From Antedon mediterranea (lineage: Eukaryota; Animalia; Echinodermata), in the NCBI RefSeq assembly GCF_964355755.1, contig NC_092672.1, forward strand, positions 28,030,437 through 28,094,436: a DNA stretch of 64,000 bases, written 5' to 3'. The notes below the pieces were generated by a model, which was not told the DNA's origin, did not search any database, and worked only from the letters and a program-made list of their open reading frames with translations. Shown piece by piece: positions 63,560-64,000 of this stretch. Position numbers and translations under genes: made by a program. Numbering within the stretch: the stretch's first letter is position 1; each line of letters starts with the position of its first letter.

Positions 63560-64000
63560 GTATGCAATACTATTCCCATATTAAGGGACAATTGTTTGTA
63601 AACGATTCATTTAAGTGCAGTTTTCCTCTAGCATAATTAAACTAGAAAACACAGATTTTGAAAAACTTAGATACAACCTATCGAAGATCTGAATTTTCTA
63701 GATAATTGATTAAAGTTATATATAGTTATTTGTAATATTTATAATTTTAATTATAAATCAAAGTACAAATTATAGAAAAGAATTGCAAGGTCAGGCTTCA
63801 ACTGAATTGTTATTGCAAATTCGTTCTTTTTGTGGAGTCCTCATGTTCCATCGCCTAATGTCATAGATACAAATAAAAATAAGCAAAACACTAATTCGAA
63901 ACATTAACGATAAAGTAACACAGCCAGAAAGGAATAATTGTAGAACTTCCGGGTAAGACGCCGCCCAACTTCCTCTATGCCGGTGAGAGAAAATAGAATA

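Overview
AT-rich eukaryotic DNA from an invertebrate, probably an echinoderm (inferred from repeat content and the abundant TAGGCCTA motif). It is not prokaryotic. Host genes, reconstructed by hand from splice sites and reading frames: (1) two intact minus-strand 5-exon genes for a secreted signal peptide + PAN/apple + fibrinogen-C (FReD) protein (2781-5968, 16701-19150); (2) a plus-strand SLC17/sialin-like MFS transporter cluster with a 2-exon 5' fragment (12441-15967), a complete 10-exon ~463-aa gene (29724-40925) and a diverged paralog running off the window (56693->64000). A ~14-16 kb tandem duplication (1982-16314 / 16315-32278) produced the second FReD gene and the truncated SLC17 copy. 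The rest is mostly transposable elements: an L2/CR1-group LINE, two Academ DNA transposons (TAG...CTA ends, 3-bp TSDs), two L1/Tx1 LINEs, a non-autonomous Helitron, hAT-like elements with 5- or 8-bp TSDs, MULE- and Harbinger-like MITEs, Helentron-like elements, SINEs and a 38-bp satellite. The most unusual signals are TAGGCCTA/TAGCCTA motifs that behave as small insertions at TA sites (candidate excision footprints of an unidentified transposon), an Academ > Tx1 > Helitron nest, a LINE TSD that duplicates a splice donor, and a possible duplicated alternative first-exon module for SLC17. All coordinates and family calls were made by eye without database searches.
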